A stretch of 64,000 bases of DNA from Octopus bimaculoides (taxonomy: Eukaryota), in assembly GCF_001194135.2 (NCBI RefSeq), contig NC_068995.1, positions 657,083 through 721,082 of the forward strand, read 5' to 3'. Made by a program: the position numbers and the translations under genes. Of this stretch, positions 39,801-53,735 are shown in pieces. Below the pieces are notes generated by a model. That model was not told the origin of the DNA. It worked only from the letters and a program-made list of their open reading frames with translations, and searched no databases. Numbering within the stretch: the stretch's first letter is position 1; the number at the start of each line of letters is the position of its first letter.

Positions 39801-41384
39801 GTGAGTAAACACAGTCCTTTCCCCTGATTTGTTCAATTTGAATATATGGGCACACAATTAGTATTTATATATATACATACATATAATGATTTAAGTATAT
39901 ATATATATATATATNNNNNNNNNNNNNNNNNNNNNNNNNNNNNNNNNNNNNNNNNNNNNNNNNNNNNNNNNNNNNNNNNNNNNNNNNNNNNNNNNNNNNN
40001 NNNNNNNNNNNNNNNNNNNNNNNNNNNNNNNNNNNNNNNNNNNNNNNNNNNNNNNNNNNNNNNNNNNNNNNNNNNNNNNNNNNNNNNNNNNNNNNNNNNN
40101 NNNNNNNNNNNNNNNNNNNTATATACATATAATCATTTGTATATATTTTTACATATATATATATATGCACATGTATGTATGAATATAGACTTGCTCTAAA
40201 ACAATGTTTGGCTATAACAATCTCTAAGTAAAATTTGTAAAGTTATTCCCGAGTTGCAGTCAACAGATCGCAGTTTCGAATCCCTTGAATATCCCTTCAC
40301 GTCGTTCAGTGCAACCAAAAGCATTCTAACTCCCCAAGAACAAAATATGCTCGGATTGTCTTTTTTTTTTTCCTTTCCTAACACCAAATATGTTTCAGAG
40401 CAAATCTAAAACATTTTTATATCGATTTCCTTACTTTTTATGCTGTATTATGGGATTTTTTTGTCGTTTACTTATGGATATTTTTACCGCTCTTTATTTA
40501 TATTTTATGAAAATACGTATTTATTTTCTTCTCCATCGTGGTAGGACTTTATTCCCCCTTCATCAAACGTGTCAAATTACGATGCATTAGACTTAGTAGT
40601 AGTAGTAGTAGTAATGGCTGAGCCACTCCTGGGCGAGTTGAGAGGAGAGACGGGACCTTAAAAGTGGTCCACGTCAGATTGCTATGAGGTCAGTGGCGTA
40701 GCCAAGTCTCCTTGAAATCGTCAAGGAACCAGGCTTGGTTCCCGTCATTCGATATTATCTCTCGATTAGATTAGATAAGTGATAAACGTTTCATCGTTTT
40801 ACATTGAACGACCTCACTTGCCCTCCTGCCTGTGAATTTGTCCAGTCCATCATCTGTACACCAATAAGTGGGAGAATAAACCGTGGACAGTGGTCTTGCG
40901 ATGCCGATTAACTTGAGACTGTTGGTGGCGTGTGGTCACGTGGTTGGTATGTTGCATTCCGATAGTAAAGAGAATGCATTGTGTTCTTGGGCAACAACAC
41001 TTCATTCCGTTATTCCAATCCACTTGGCTGTAAATGAGTTCCTACACTACCTGCGAAGAGGGATCAACATCCTCTTCAGAGGGGCGGCAAAGTGTTGCAG
41101 TCTTAGTCGCAATATAATGGAATGAAATATAATATAGACATCCACTCTATTCTTCATAGTTTGACACGTTTATAATCCTTACGCATTTCACTTCTGTGTG
41201 AATGAATGTTTGTTCTTCTTCTTATCAGTGTTGCTGTAACCGTCATGGTTGAAGTATCCCCTTTTCCAATTCAGAAATATATAAAACTACGTCTTACAGG
41301 GAAAAAACATCTCGCATACTCTACAGCCACAGAGAAATGTTTTAATCTATTTCAATATTTTCGATGTTTTCAGGTTTTCAGATC

Positions 41385-41590
41385 AGAAACGTTAGAGGGT
41401 CGAGCAAAAATACCTTGCGGTATTTATTACGGCTCTTTACTTTCTGAATTCAAATCCCGCAGAGGTTAACTTTGCCTTTCATCCCATTGGGGCCGATAAA
41501 ATAAAGTACCAGTCAAGTACTGGGGTCGACAGTATCGACTGACCATCCTCATCTTAAAATTGTTGGCTTTGTGCCCAAATTTGAAACTAT
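41385..41590 (+). mobile_element. Family B SINE
   Basis: ctgaattcaaatcccgcagaggttaactttgcctttcatccc...aaagtaccagtcaagtactggggtcgac. Confidence 0.75.
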
Positions 41591-42453
41591 TATTATTATT
41601 ATTATTGCTATTTTATTTCTGGAATGTTTGCTGCTGTACAAGGTGAATCTTTCCAAATGGCACCACATGAGAATGAGAACACACAGCCAGGCTTTTGGGT
41701 GCTGATGTTTTTCTTATTGTATTTCTTGTTGTCGTTGTTATATTTATTTATTTATACATTGAATCGTCCATGGTTTTGTCCTGTGTTTCTCCTTCCGTTC
41801 TTTTATAATCCATCCATCCATTTATATATATATATATATATATNNNNNNNNNNNNNNNNNNNNNNNNNNNNNNNNNNNNNNNTATATATATGTATGTATA
41901 TATATATATATAAATGGATGGATGGATGGATCCATGTATTTGTGTATATAGTTTTGTTACAAGTCTCATTGTCTTTTTCCTTTGGCAATCTTAGTAATAT
42001 GTTGCTTCATAAACAAACCAACACATGAAAAAACACGGCGTCACTAATAATAATCGTTAAAAATGGAATGTTGATGCTCATGATGATGATGATGATGATG
42101 TGTTGATGGTGATGATGTTGGTGATTATAGTGATAATTATGGTGATAATGATGTTGACGCTGCTCATGCTGCTGCTGATGGCAAATGCAAGCTGCGGTAA
42201 ATCGTGACTGTAACGCATCTCTGTAACACGTGTATGTGAAGCCTCGTTCGTTCCTTTGCTCAAGTCCAATATAACAAACACTGTTACGATTTCTTTACTA
42301 ATGCTTCAGTCAATGGGGTGAGTAAGAAAATGAGAAAACACAGTTATGGCTGCCATGCAATCGACATTTAACCACTAAAATTGTATTTAGGTGTATCGTC
42401 TGTCTCTCCCTCTCTCTCTTTCTAGATTCTTTATCTCCCTCGTTATATATATA

Positions 42454-42951
42454 NNNNNNNNNNNNNNNNNNNNNNNNNNNNNNNNNNNNNNNNNNNNNNN
42501 NNNNNNNNNNNNNNNNNNNNNNNNNNNNNNNNNNNNNNNNNNNNNNNNNNNNNNNNNNNNNNNNNNNNNNNNNNNNNNNNNNNNNNNNNNNNNNNNNNNN
42601 NNNNNNNNNNNNNNNNNNNNNNNNNNNNNNNNNNNNNNNNNNNNNNNNNNNNNNNNNNNNNNNNNNNNNNNNNNNNNNNNNNNNNNNNNNNNNNNNNNNN
42701 NNNNNNNNNNNNNNNNNNNNNNNNNNNNNNNNNNNNNNNNNNNNNNNNNNNNNNNNNNNNNNNNNNNNNNNNNNNNNNNNNNNNNNNNNNNNNNNNNNNN
42801 NNNNNNNNNNNNNNNNNNNNNNNNNNNNNNNNNNNNNNNNNNNNNNNNNNNNNNNNNNNNNNNNNNNNNNNNNNNNNNNNNNNNNNNNNNNNNNNNNNNN
42901 NNNNNNNNNNNNNNNNNNNNNNNNNNNNNNNNNNNNNNNNNNNNNNNNNNN
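42454..42951. other. Assembly gap (N run), large enough to hide a filamin terminal exon
   Basis: About 498 N flanked by (TA)n. Other gaps: about 2995-3287, 16672-16964, 21120-21217, 30150-30190, 39915-40119, 41844-41882, 48384-48680, 56665-56763. Confidence 0.95.
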
Positions 42952-42990
<39 letters not shown>

Positions 42991-45781
42991 GAAGCGAGTG
43001 ATTCATTCCGTCGCTACTTAAAGTTTTGTCGTTCTCTCCGATTCTTCTGCAGACGAGTGAAATGAATGGCGGATTGGGATACACTGGAAAGAAGTTTTAT
43101 GCAAAGGCCCATACCTTTTCTGAAATCCATACAAAGTCATATTATGATGTGGTGTTTGTTCTCCCCTAGTGAAAGGAAAATTTTAGCCATTCTAAATTTT
43201 AACCTGACAAAATTCAGAATTCCTTCGAGGAAATGCTTTCTTTGGCGCCTTGGAAGAAATATTCTGCCTCTAAATTTAAGGAAAGTTTATGTTGCTATTA
43301 AGATATAAAACTTCTCCGTAGTGCATTAGTTTCACACTGAAAAACTGAGTGTGTTCATTCAAAGCAATTACATACCTTTAGATACGAAGTTAAATTAATT
43401 CAATACATCTATTGCAACATATCTGGAAACTAAAAACGTAACGGATTCACAATAATTCAAAACCTGTCATACTTGCAGGTTGTAACATTTGCATTGCGGA
43501 TGAGTAGTCCAATAAAAACAGCGTCTGAAATATCAAGTGATTTCCAGAAATGCCCAACCTGCCATTTATACATTTTCTCGTTTTATTGTCTGAAGAATTG
43601 CATTGAGGGAGATACTCTGAGCAGCAAAACAGTATCAATATATGTGCAATACGTATACATGTACATACATGCATACATTTACACATACCAACATATACAT
43701 GTCCATATATATATATATATATATATTAAGATGTATATTTTATATATTGTATATATATATATATATATATATATTATGTGTGTGTGTATGTATATTACTT
43801 AATATATAATGCATATATCATGCATTATGCATATACGTGCGTGTGTATGTATGTATATATCTGTGTATATGTGTATGTATGCGTATATATATATATATAT
43901 ATGTATGCCGAGTAAATATCCGTTGTGTAAATGTGTTCCTTTTATTCATTATTTATCTAATTATGTAATTTATTTTAATTTTTATTTCAACGTGGTGTTT
44001 TTTGTTTTTTTTTTATTGTTAAATTTCTTTTTTATATTTTATTATTTGGTACAATTTAACCGATTCTATATTTTGTGTGATTGGAATGACAATAATATTA
44101 GTATTACAAAACCATCTCAAAGATGGTTGTAAATATTTGATAGTTGTCCTTGCACACGGCCTCAAGATCAGAAATTTGTAGTATCCGTAAATGGTCGCTT
44201 AGAATCCATATACCCTTGTATATGACTGCTATTTAGTTTGTCGACACGGGACGCAAGGTCAAATCACTTACCGGAAAGAGTGGAATTTATATATTAATCA
44301 CCAAAGGCCTTATTCTGTTTCTTTATGATGATGATAATAATAATAAATGCCCTGATGCAGTACCAGGCACTGGCTCTCGTGGCTTCTGATCTTAACTGAC
44401 TGAAATTGTTATCATGTACATTATTTTGTCTTGGTATAAAAGATGGGACTACAGCAAATATTCTGCTCAATACCACAGATTTGCTTGTCAATTGTTTGAC
44501 CCTAACCAGTTGAGCATGTCCCTTACTGGCTGACGGTATGTGCATCTCTGATCACGAGTAGAAGTAGTGGGAGAGAATCCTAATCATGTGTTGAGAGGAA
44601 TTCTTTGGGGGCTTGAATAATTCACCTCCAGAAACATGGGTGTTTCGTTCAACATCTTTAAGTAAACCTTACCCAGGTGTCTTTTGAGTGGGATGGGCTA
44701 CTCAACCTGAAGAAATTCCTTACTGAAAATTCACTAGTTTGTTGCAGGATAATTCATCCAGACATTCAAAATTATGGCGCTAATACAACTTCTGGTTTTG
44801 GCACAAGGCCAGTAATTTCGAGGGAAGGGTTTCGGTCGATGCCATTAACCAAAGTACTTAAATAGTTCCATATTTTATCAACCCTGTTCAATAATAGGAT
44901 AGGTGTTGGGGTAAAAATTAAATAGAATAGCTAATTACTAATTAGAAATCGGTTTCGTTGTGCTAAATTTAAAATATGATTTAAATGACAAAATGTTGAA
45001 TGAGTCGAGAAAACATCGTTTCTTGCTGTGATTTTTAACTGGATTAAATTTCATTCGTGAAATATTATAAAGAAAAAAATTAAATTGAAATTTCTCTTGA
45101 TACGTCAATAACAATAATTATTAATATTATATTTTTGTAATTTGTATTATTTTAGAGTTTTTTTTTTTTTGATCGATGCTTTTTGCATTTTGGGATAGTT
45201 ATCTACATATTTACTAATTGTGTGGGTTTCTTTCTTTCTTTTTTTTTTTAAATATTTCAATCCATATTTTTTTGATTTCTTTACTTTTTTCCGATTTCTA
45301 AACTCTGTTGCCACGCAGATAATGTGACATCAGAATACACCTGGAGAATATAACAATCGAAATGTTGTGAGGAAAAAAATAGATGATTATGACATGGATA
45401 ACATTTCGAAAATAACAGAAAACTAAATTATTGATCCTTCTATAATTTTGTGGAAAAGCTTCATATTTTCGTGTGTAATATTGTCTTGTCGTTTTTCCCC
45501 CTATGTTAACAATTTGGTTTGTATTTTTTAATTTTTTGTTTTATTTTATGAGATTTTTTATTTGTATTTTTATTTTCTATTTAATATTTTTTTCATTTTG
45601 GTTGATGCCGTTTTCTTTAATTATTTTCCCTACCAGCTCAGTGTCTCAAACTAAAACACACACTGTCCTAATTCTTTACACAATCTCCTACCGGATTCGA
45701 AGAACACAAGACTACAGTTCACATATACTCCTACCCTTCAGTGAAATGCAGATCTTTTCTTTTTTTTTTTTTTTTTTTTTT

Positions 45782-46444
45782 NNNNNNNNNNNNNNNNNNN
45801 NNNNNNNNNNNNNNNNNNNNNNNNNNNNNNNNNNNNNNNNNNNNNNNNNNNNNNNNNNNNNNNNNNNNNNNNNNNNNNNNNNNNNNNNNNNNNNNNNNNN
45901 NNNNNNNNNNNNNNNNNNNNNNNNNNNNNNNNNNNNNNNNNNNNNNNNNNNNNNNNNNNNNNNNNNNNNNNNNNNNNNNNNNNNNNNNNNNNNNNNNNNN
46001 NNNNNNNNNNNNNNNNNNNNNNNNNNNNNNNNNNNNNNNNNNNNNNNNNNNNNNNNNNNNNNNNNNNNNNNNNNNNNNNNNNNNNNNNNNNNNNNNNNNN
46101 NNNNNNNNNNNNNNNNNNNNNNNNNNNNNNNNNNNNNNNNNNNNNNNNNNNNNNNNNNNNNNNNNNNNNNNNNNNNNNNNNNNNNNNNNNNNNNNNNNNN
46201 NNNNNNNNNNNNNNNNNNNNNNNNNNNNNNNNNNNNNNNNNNNNNNNNNNNNNNNNNNNNNNNNNNNNNNNNNNNNNNNNNNNNNNNNNNNNNNNNNNNN
46301 NNNNNNNNNNNNNNNNNNNNNNNNNNNNNNNNNNNNNNNNNNNNNNNNNNNNNNNNNNNNNNNNNNNNNNNNNNNNNNNNNNNNNNNNNNNNNNNNNNNN
46401 NNNNNNNNNNNNNNNNNNNNNNNNNNNNNNNNNNNNNNNNNNNN
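45782..46444. other. Assembly gap (N run), the largest in the window
   Basis: About 663 N between poly-T and (TA)n. Confidence 0.95.
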
Positions 46445-46483
<39 letters not shown>

Positions 46484-47497
46484 TTATATATAAATGTAGA
46501 AAAAAAAACTTTATAAAACTACATTCTAACGTGCTACATCTAAAACCAGATCAATATTATATATAATATGTGACACATAAACGCTACATTATCAAAGTAC
46601 GTCAGATTTTCTACTGTGTCCAATTATATCTATATTGAATTATATTGTGAAGTATAATCTACGTTATAAAGCTATATTTCATTGTGTTAAATTTGCATAA
46701 TATTATAGTTTAATCCATAACAATTATGTTGTAACTACGTTTTAATGTAATACAACAAAATTACATTTTAATTTATCACTTCTAAACAGCATTTTTATGT
46801 GCTATATCAAAACGCAGACATGGTTGTGTAGATAAGGGGTTCATTTCGTAACTACATGCCTCCGTGTTCAAAGTAACGTGTGTTCACACTACGCGTTACT
46901 TTGAACAAGTCCATTTTTTGTCGATGTATATCGGAGATAAATGTAGGCATCAGCAAATAAATAAAAAAATAAACAGTAAAGAAGGGCTTTCGAATGGAAC
47001 TCCTTTATGTGATGTTTGTTCCACCCGAGTTTCACTGTCATCATTGAAAATACAATGAACTAATAACTAGCTTACTAGAAACTAACGACTTGATTATTCA
47101 CAAAAATGCGACATAAAATAAAATCTAATTAATAAACGCGCCATATTAAAATAGCAGTCTTCTGTGTCACCGCTGCCGTCGCCGCCGCTGCCCCCGCTCA
47201 TCTCCATTTCAAAGTGTTTTGTCGATAAAACATGCAATTAATGCGCCATCTAGCAAATATATCTAAATATGTCCCACATCTAAACAAAATTTATCATATG
47301 TCTACCACGCAAAACAATACTAACTTGTCATGTCTAATTTATATCTAATCACAAATAAATTTCTCTATTTCGTTCTCCTTTAAATCTAACGATAAAGCAA
47401 ACAACGAAACGAAGATAAATATTAACACTAACCATCTTTTGATGTAAACTCAAAATTCATTCTTTCATTGACGGACATTCATTAATACCAATCCTTC

Positions 47498-47537
<40 letters not shown>

Positions 47538-47567
47538 CTCTCTGCCTCTCTCTCTCTCTCTCCCTCT

Positions 47568-47600
<33 letters not shown>

Positions 47601-48338
47601 CTTCTCTCTCTTTCGAATTCTTCACAGTAATTTGCTTTTCTGTTACTTATTGAAAATATTTTGTTCTCGTTAGCAATGAAAGTAGTGGGTTTTGAACTCG
47701 CATCCGAAGATGATAAGAATGTCATAAAGTAAAAATAAACTCGAAATAAAAATCACTACTAAATATAAACTACTATATATAAACTACTTCCCTAAATAAA
47801 TCAATTACAACTAATAATTAATTAGTTACATCCGTAACAGATGTATTACGTCAGACGGTTTAACCCAGACATTTAACCATCGGCTGCATTTAACGGAGTC
47901 CACACTGTTGCAAGAACTCAGACTTACTCTTCGGCTCATAAGAACTTGTTTATATTCCTAGGAACTCTTGAATAGAATGTCATATGCGCTGCCATATCTT
48001 CTTTAATTAAGCCGTTTAAAAAAAAAAAATTCAAATATTTTAAACTTTACAATGCCAGCCTCTGAATCTATGACAGGTTTTAAACATCTCGGTGACAGGG
48101 CTAGGATAGGCTGTTGTAGTAAAACTCTGGTCAAAAGAAAAGGTTACATTCAGTAGGATAGAGTTGTTGAAAATATCTTTACTAGGTCGAAAATATAGGC
48201 TTCCGTAGTTTTTGTCTGGTTTTCGGTGTGCAATCGTGAGATAAGTCTTAGTTTTGTGGCAGGTTTCTTTAAAGGAATTGCAAACTTTTTAAAGTTTACG
48301 TTTGGTATGGCAAAAGAATAATTATGTATGGGTGTATA

Positions 48339-48383
<45 letters not shown>

Positions 48384-48919
48384 NNNNNNNNNNNNNNNNN
48401 NNNNNNNNNNNNNNNNNNNNNNNNNNNNNNNNNNNNNNNNNNNNNNNNNNNNNNNNNNNNNNNNNNNNNNNNNNNNNNNNNNNNNNNNNNNNNNNNNNNN
48501 NNNNNNNNNNNNNNNNNNNNNNNNNNNNNNNNNNNNNNNNNNNNNNNNNNNNNNNNNNNNNNNNNNNNNNNNNNNNNNNNNNNNNNNNNNNNNNNNNNNN
48601 NNNNNNNNNNNNNNNNNNNNNNNNNNNNNNNNNNNNNNNNNNNNNNNNNNNNNNNNNNNNNNNNNNNNNNNNNNNNNNNNATATATATGAGAAAAATGAT
48701 GTCTCTCAGATAGGATTCACCTTACGCATTTAGTATGTTTAACTGCTGAAATGCGTCAAGAATTCATCGTCTGAGACGATTTTCCAAAAATATATGGCAT
48801 GATTTTTTTCTAGGCAAAAAACATATGAATCGGAATGGAAAGAAAGCGAGTTTCCATTCACAGAATTCTTGAAAAACATCGTAACATGTTTCATATTTTC
48901 TTCGCTATATCTCTTGCAG

Positions 48920-48931
48920 AATCTCGGCCTG
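48920..48931 (+). CDS. Candidate microexon A1, 12 nt (phase 1: ESRP; phase 0: NLGL)
   Basis: tcatattttcttcgctatatctcttgcag|AATCTCGGCCTG|gtaagt. Confidence 0.6.
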
Positions 48932-49705
48932 GTAAGTCAAATATATATATATATACATGCATTGCTTCCAGAATTTTCATTCATTTATTCTTCGTTTACC
49001 AATTTTTTATGGATCGTTCCTTCTTCTTCTCTTTCGGATTGCAAATCTCCGTATTGCTTTATCGCTCCTTTTTTGCATTCGATTGCATTGTTCAAAGGAA
49101 ATGGCCCGTTTAGAATAGTTATAACTCCAGTATTTCTTCATATTTTTTTAAACAGTTTTTTTTTTTTCATTTTAACTATGGTTATTATTATTATTATTAT
49201 TATCTTCCTTAATATATTTCAATATAATTTCTAACCCGAAATAGTTTAGGTTTTGTAACGGAATAGCAGTTTTCTTTCAGAAATATTATTAACAATAAAT
49301 GTTGATTTCTGGCATGTCATGATGACGATGATGATGATGGATGAGGATAGCGATAATTAATACAGAATCTTGACATAAATTATCAATGAAATTCTTTTAT
49401 CCTTCATCGAAATTCTATGGTAGTAATGAATGGGGTAAGTTTCAACAGAATGCGGTGCCCCAGCTGGGCTCTCACCTGCAATAGCTGAAAACGACCTGAC
49501 GTGCTGTCGTATATGGAATTTTTATATAAATGCAGAAAACGTATCTGATTGGATCAGAAGAAACAGATTCAAACTAGTGTGATTATACACACACAAACGT
49601 GTGTGTGTGTGTGTGTGCGTGAGTGCGTGCGTATGTGTGTGTGCGTAGGTATGTATGTGTGTATATATATATATATATACATACAAACATATATTTATAT
49701 ATATG

Positions 49706-49759
<54 letters not shown>

Positions 49760-51113
49760 CATACTCGCACGTATATATGTATATGCAAATATATGAACAT
49801 TCATAAATAGCTATAGACAGACAGGCAGGCAGGCAGGCCCTGAAAACGTCCGTCAGAACTGACCTTCCGTTCTGTGTTTTTGTGTTTCATTCTAGCGGCG
49901 AAGTTTTTCGTGCTGAGTGCTTCGAGCGTCTCGTCGACTGATAATCTGCATCGCATTTTCCCCACCCCATTACATATAGTTTCCAATCAATGCAACGAGA
50001 AAATCTCCACAGCACCGCTCTTTTCGAAATAATACAAAAAGTCCTTCATAACATTCTATGCAACCTTCAAGATATAAAAGCCTCTGAACATCTTACAAGA
50101 AAAAAAAACTACAACGTAATTCTGACTGGCACCTCTTTAGTTTTGGACTTACCTGTTCAGGGTTCACCTGGAAACTAATCGACAACAGTTCCAATAACAA
50201 CATTCGATATAACCGATATTTATCAATGCCATATAATTGTCTAGACACGTCTTTGTCCTGATTTTTACCGATATCATAGATCTCCGGATATTGATATCGT
50301 TGCTAGACAATAAATGTTTACCAGATTTAATCCTGTTAGTATGAATATCCTAGCAAGGGAATAAATATTCTGTTTGTTCCTATGTTGATTAGGTAGATCT
50401 TTCCGAATGCAGCTCTATGAATTAGATAATATTCGAAGTTTATCTCTATATGTTTCCTTCTAGCATGCATGCTGATAATTCTTTCTCCATCAACGAATAC
50501 ATATTAAAAATACATATATACATCTATCCATATATACACAAAGATATATACATTTATATATGCACATATACGCGCATAAATATATTCATATATACATATA
50601 TGTATACACACACACATACATACGCACATTTAAACAGGGGTGCATATACATTTCATACATGACTATGTTCAAATTTACATATATAAAATATATATATACA
50701 CACACACACACACATTCCCTTAAGTATTCCTTATCTGATGATAATTTTTAAATAATCAATCTATATAGCACTCCATTTATATATTCTTTCAACCGAAACT
50801 AACATCAATCTTAGTAGCCGTCATCCATCTTGTTTATCATATTAAACCCATAGAAAAACATCGTTTCAATATGTTGACATGAAAATTGCTCGCTTTTATT
50901 GTTTTTAGTTTGTGTGGAGATGGGGATTCACGATTTTCTGCTGGATTCGAAGCTGTACGGTGAAAAGCAGACATTACTCATTTATATATGTATATATATA
51001 ATATCCCAGAGCTCATTGTTTCTCTTTCAGTGTTCATAATGAAAGCAAAGTTTTCGTCTCACGCACTCTCTACTCTCTCTGTCTCTCTCTTTCTCTCTCT
51101 CTCTCTGTATGTA

Positions 51114-51163
<50 letters not shown>

Positions 51164-51814
51164 TAAATATATGAAATATAATGTCTCTTAGGACTCACCT
51201 TACGTATTTTGTATACTCATCTACACCAATGCATCAAGAATCCCTCATCTGAGACGATTTGACACCCGTTTATTCTTTTCTATCTTCACCCTTTCCCTTT
51301 CTTCGTCTCTTCTTTCTGTGGATGAGCCTCTGCTCGAAATGTAAAGGCGTTTACCTTCTATTTTCAATATTAAACTAAATTCATTCTTTTTTTTACCTCG
51401 TCTTCGAGCCTCTTATTTTTGTATCATATAACGACAGCAGCCGTATCAATTCTGTTCTGGTGCAGGATTTGTTCTGCGTCGCGTCGCATGTAAACCACAT
51501 ATTTACAACTTATATTTAATCTCTATTATAACGCAGGGCTGACGACCATCCCGCTGAGAGGACAGCTTCACAGTGATATGGTTCTAGCTTCAACTCAGTG
51601 CGGCACCTTGTGCAAATGTTCATCTCTCTCTGCGTGCGTGCGTGCGTGCCTGCCTCTGCGCGCGCGCGTGCTTGTCTGTGTTTGTGCGCGTGTGTTTGTG
51701 TGTGTGTGTGTGTGTGTAAGAGGACAGAGAGAAAGCATATCCGTACACAAATGCTAATTTGAAAACGTCAAACATATTTCATTCATATCTTCTTCTTCAC
51801 TATATTTCTTGCAG

Positions 51815-51832
51815 CACCTAACTGTCGACCTG
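51815..51832 (+). CDS. Candidate microexon A2, 18 nt (phase 1: APNCRP; phase 0: HLTVDL)
   Basis: tcatatcttcttcttcactatatttcttgcag|CACCTAACTGTCGACCTG|gtgagt. It is 6 nt longer than its paralogues, so the frame is preserved. Confidence 0.62.
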
Positions 51833-53313
51833 GTGAGTCTAAAGACTATACATAATATATGCATACGTACGTGTGTATGTATATATATATATATATATAT
51901 ATACGCATATTCTTTCATTCTCACATTGCATTTATTCATTCTTTTCCTTTACCATTTTCTCATTTAGAACTCGTTATTTCAAATTCTCTTTCATCTTGCC
52001 AAAACAGTATGGCTTCTGCACTCTTTATTTTTGCATAAAAATGCATTTTTGCGAAGGAAATAGGTCCCTTAAAATAACCACAATTTTTAGTTTATTTTAA
52101 TCATGATGATGATTACGAAAATTTGTGGATAATTGCGAGGTAAATTATCACACCTTCCGTTAATCAGAGGATTCCAATTCTCAACCGAATTTATTTGACG
52201 TTATCTTATCTGGGGCGCTTGAAATACAAGCCAAACTTTTCTCTGTCACTCAAACCATACAGAACATATCGGATAACTAACCCCGCCCCAAATAAATATA
52301 TATATATATATATATATATACACATCACATGAAGTGGTCATGACCGGAACGTCTTCTACAGTAAACCAACCTGTTCAGGGCTGATTTAGTTGCTAAGCCC
52401 TTGTAACTACAACAACTATGTTTCACATTGCCGATATTTATCATTACGAAATGCTTGTCGAGGGACATCTCTGTCTCGCTTCTTTGCTTTCATTCATTTA
52501 GTTTTCATTCTTGCATTGTTCCTATTTCTTTTCATTCGTATTCGTTTACCATTCTTTACATTTCTTTACATTTCGTTTCTGTTTCTTTCTGCATTCTTCA
52601 TTACTGCTTTTCGCATCACTATTCTTTGCATTGGTATGCAGTCTTCGCAGACATATTACCCCTTTACTGTAGATATACCTTCAATATTTAGATTTTTTTT
52701 TTATGTTTTCATTACCTCTAAAATATTGTTATTATTATCATTATTATCATTAATAATAATGCTGATAATTTTACTATAATACTTACTATATCGTTATTAT
52801 CTTCCATAATATATTTAAATGTAATCGCTAACCCCTAAAAGTTATGTGATTTCATCAGAATGCATTTCTCCAGCTAGGTCTTTCTCGTAAGAACTTAAAC
52901 CAGAAAAGAAACTGGCGACGTGTGATATTGTTATAGAGCAGCAGCAAACGTATTTCGTTGCGTCAGTTACAGTTGCGTTCTGAATAAAGACCGCAGATTA
53001 TGCTCTAATAGTGTAAGCTGTTATTATTATTATAACTCAACCTGTTCAAGATTCAACGACAATGTCTCACATTGCCGATATCTGTTACTACAAAGTATTT
53101 GCCTACAACACAACTTTATCTCGCTTCTTTGCTTCTATTCATTTACTTTTCCTTCTTGCATCGTTCCTATTTACTTCCTTTTCATTCTTTTCGTTCACCA
53201 ATTATTAAGGTTCGTTATTTCTCTCCCTGTTCTATATTGCAAACCTTCATGCTGCTTTTACGCTTCGTATTTTTGCATTAAGATGCATCGCTAAAAGCGA
53301 ATCGCCCGATTAC

Positions 53314-53411
53314 TAAAGATATAATGCCATGTATTTATATAAATCGATTTCCCATGTTAAAATAAAGATATAATGCCATGTATTTATATAAATCGATTTC
53401 CCATGTTAAAA
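53314..53411. repeat. Perfect 49-bp tandem duplication
   Basis: taaagatataatgccatgtatttatataaatcgatttcccatgttaaaa occurs at 53314 and again at 53363. Confidence 0.9.
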
Positions 53412-53527
53412 TAATAATGCTTAGAATAATAATAATAATAATAATAAAAATAGCAACAATTAGTATCATTATTATTAGATTGCTGTTGTTATTATTATCA
53501 CTGATACTATTATGGCCGTTATTATTA

Positions 53528-53735
53528 AGGCGACGGACTGGCAGAATCCTTTGTGCGTCGTACAAAATGCTTGATAGCATTTCATCTGACTCTTTACGTT
53601 TTGCGCTCAAATTCTGCCGAGATCTACTCTGCCTTTCATCCTTTCGGCGTCCATAAAATAAAGTACCGGTTGTGTACTGGGCCGATGTAACTAACCCCTG
53701 TCCTTAATATGGCTGACCTTGTGTCAAAACCTCAA
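53528..53735 (+). mobile_element. Family B SINE inserted in the cassette array
   Basis: aaggcgacggactggcagaatcc...caaattctgccgag...ctgcctttcatcctttcgg...aaagtaccggttgtgtactggg. Confidence 0.75.

Noticed and set aside
42310-42325. cttcag|TCAATGGG|gtgagt microexon-like site
   Set aside because: 8 nt is not frame-preserving, and it is not within a cassette copy.
45637-45740. Acceptor-like taccag followed by a possible exon
   Set aside because: Stops in phases 0 and 1; the phase 2 reading is incompatible with filamin and is not filamin-like.
50147-50162. ACTTACCTG…CAGGG resembling the U1 snRNA 5' end
   Set aside because: Similarity stops after about 9 nt, and any antisense donor gives this string.
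51199-51248. Two paralogous 50-nt minus-strand exon-like segments (tctcag|…TAAG|gtgagt here; about 48720-48770 with gtgaat)
   Set aside because: The 51199-51248 copy has stops in all three frames and both have purine-rich acceptor regions. Kept only as part of the cassette repeat.
51754-51939. Minus-strand ORF ending LTRSTVRCCKKYSEEEDMNEICLTFSN, with similar readings at the other cassettes (e.g. LTRPRFCKRYSEENM)
   Set aside because: It is the reverse complement of the + strand acceptor tract and microexon. Paralogous copies lack a usable minus-strand acceptor and the adjacent frames contain stops.
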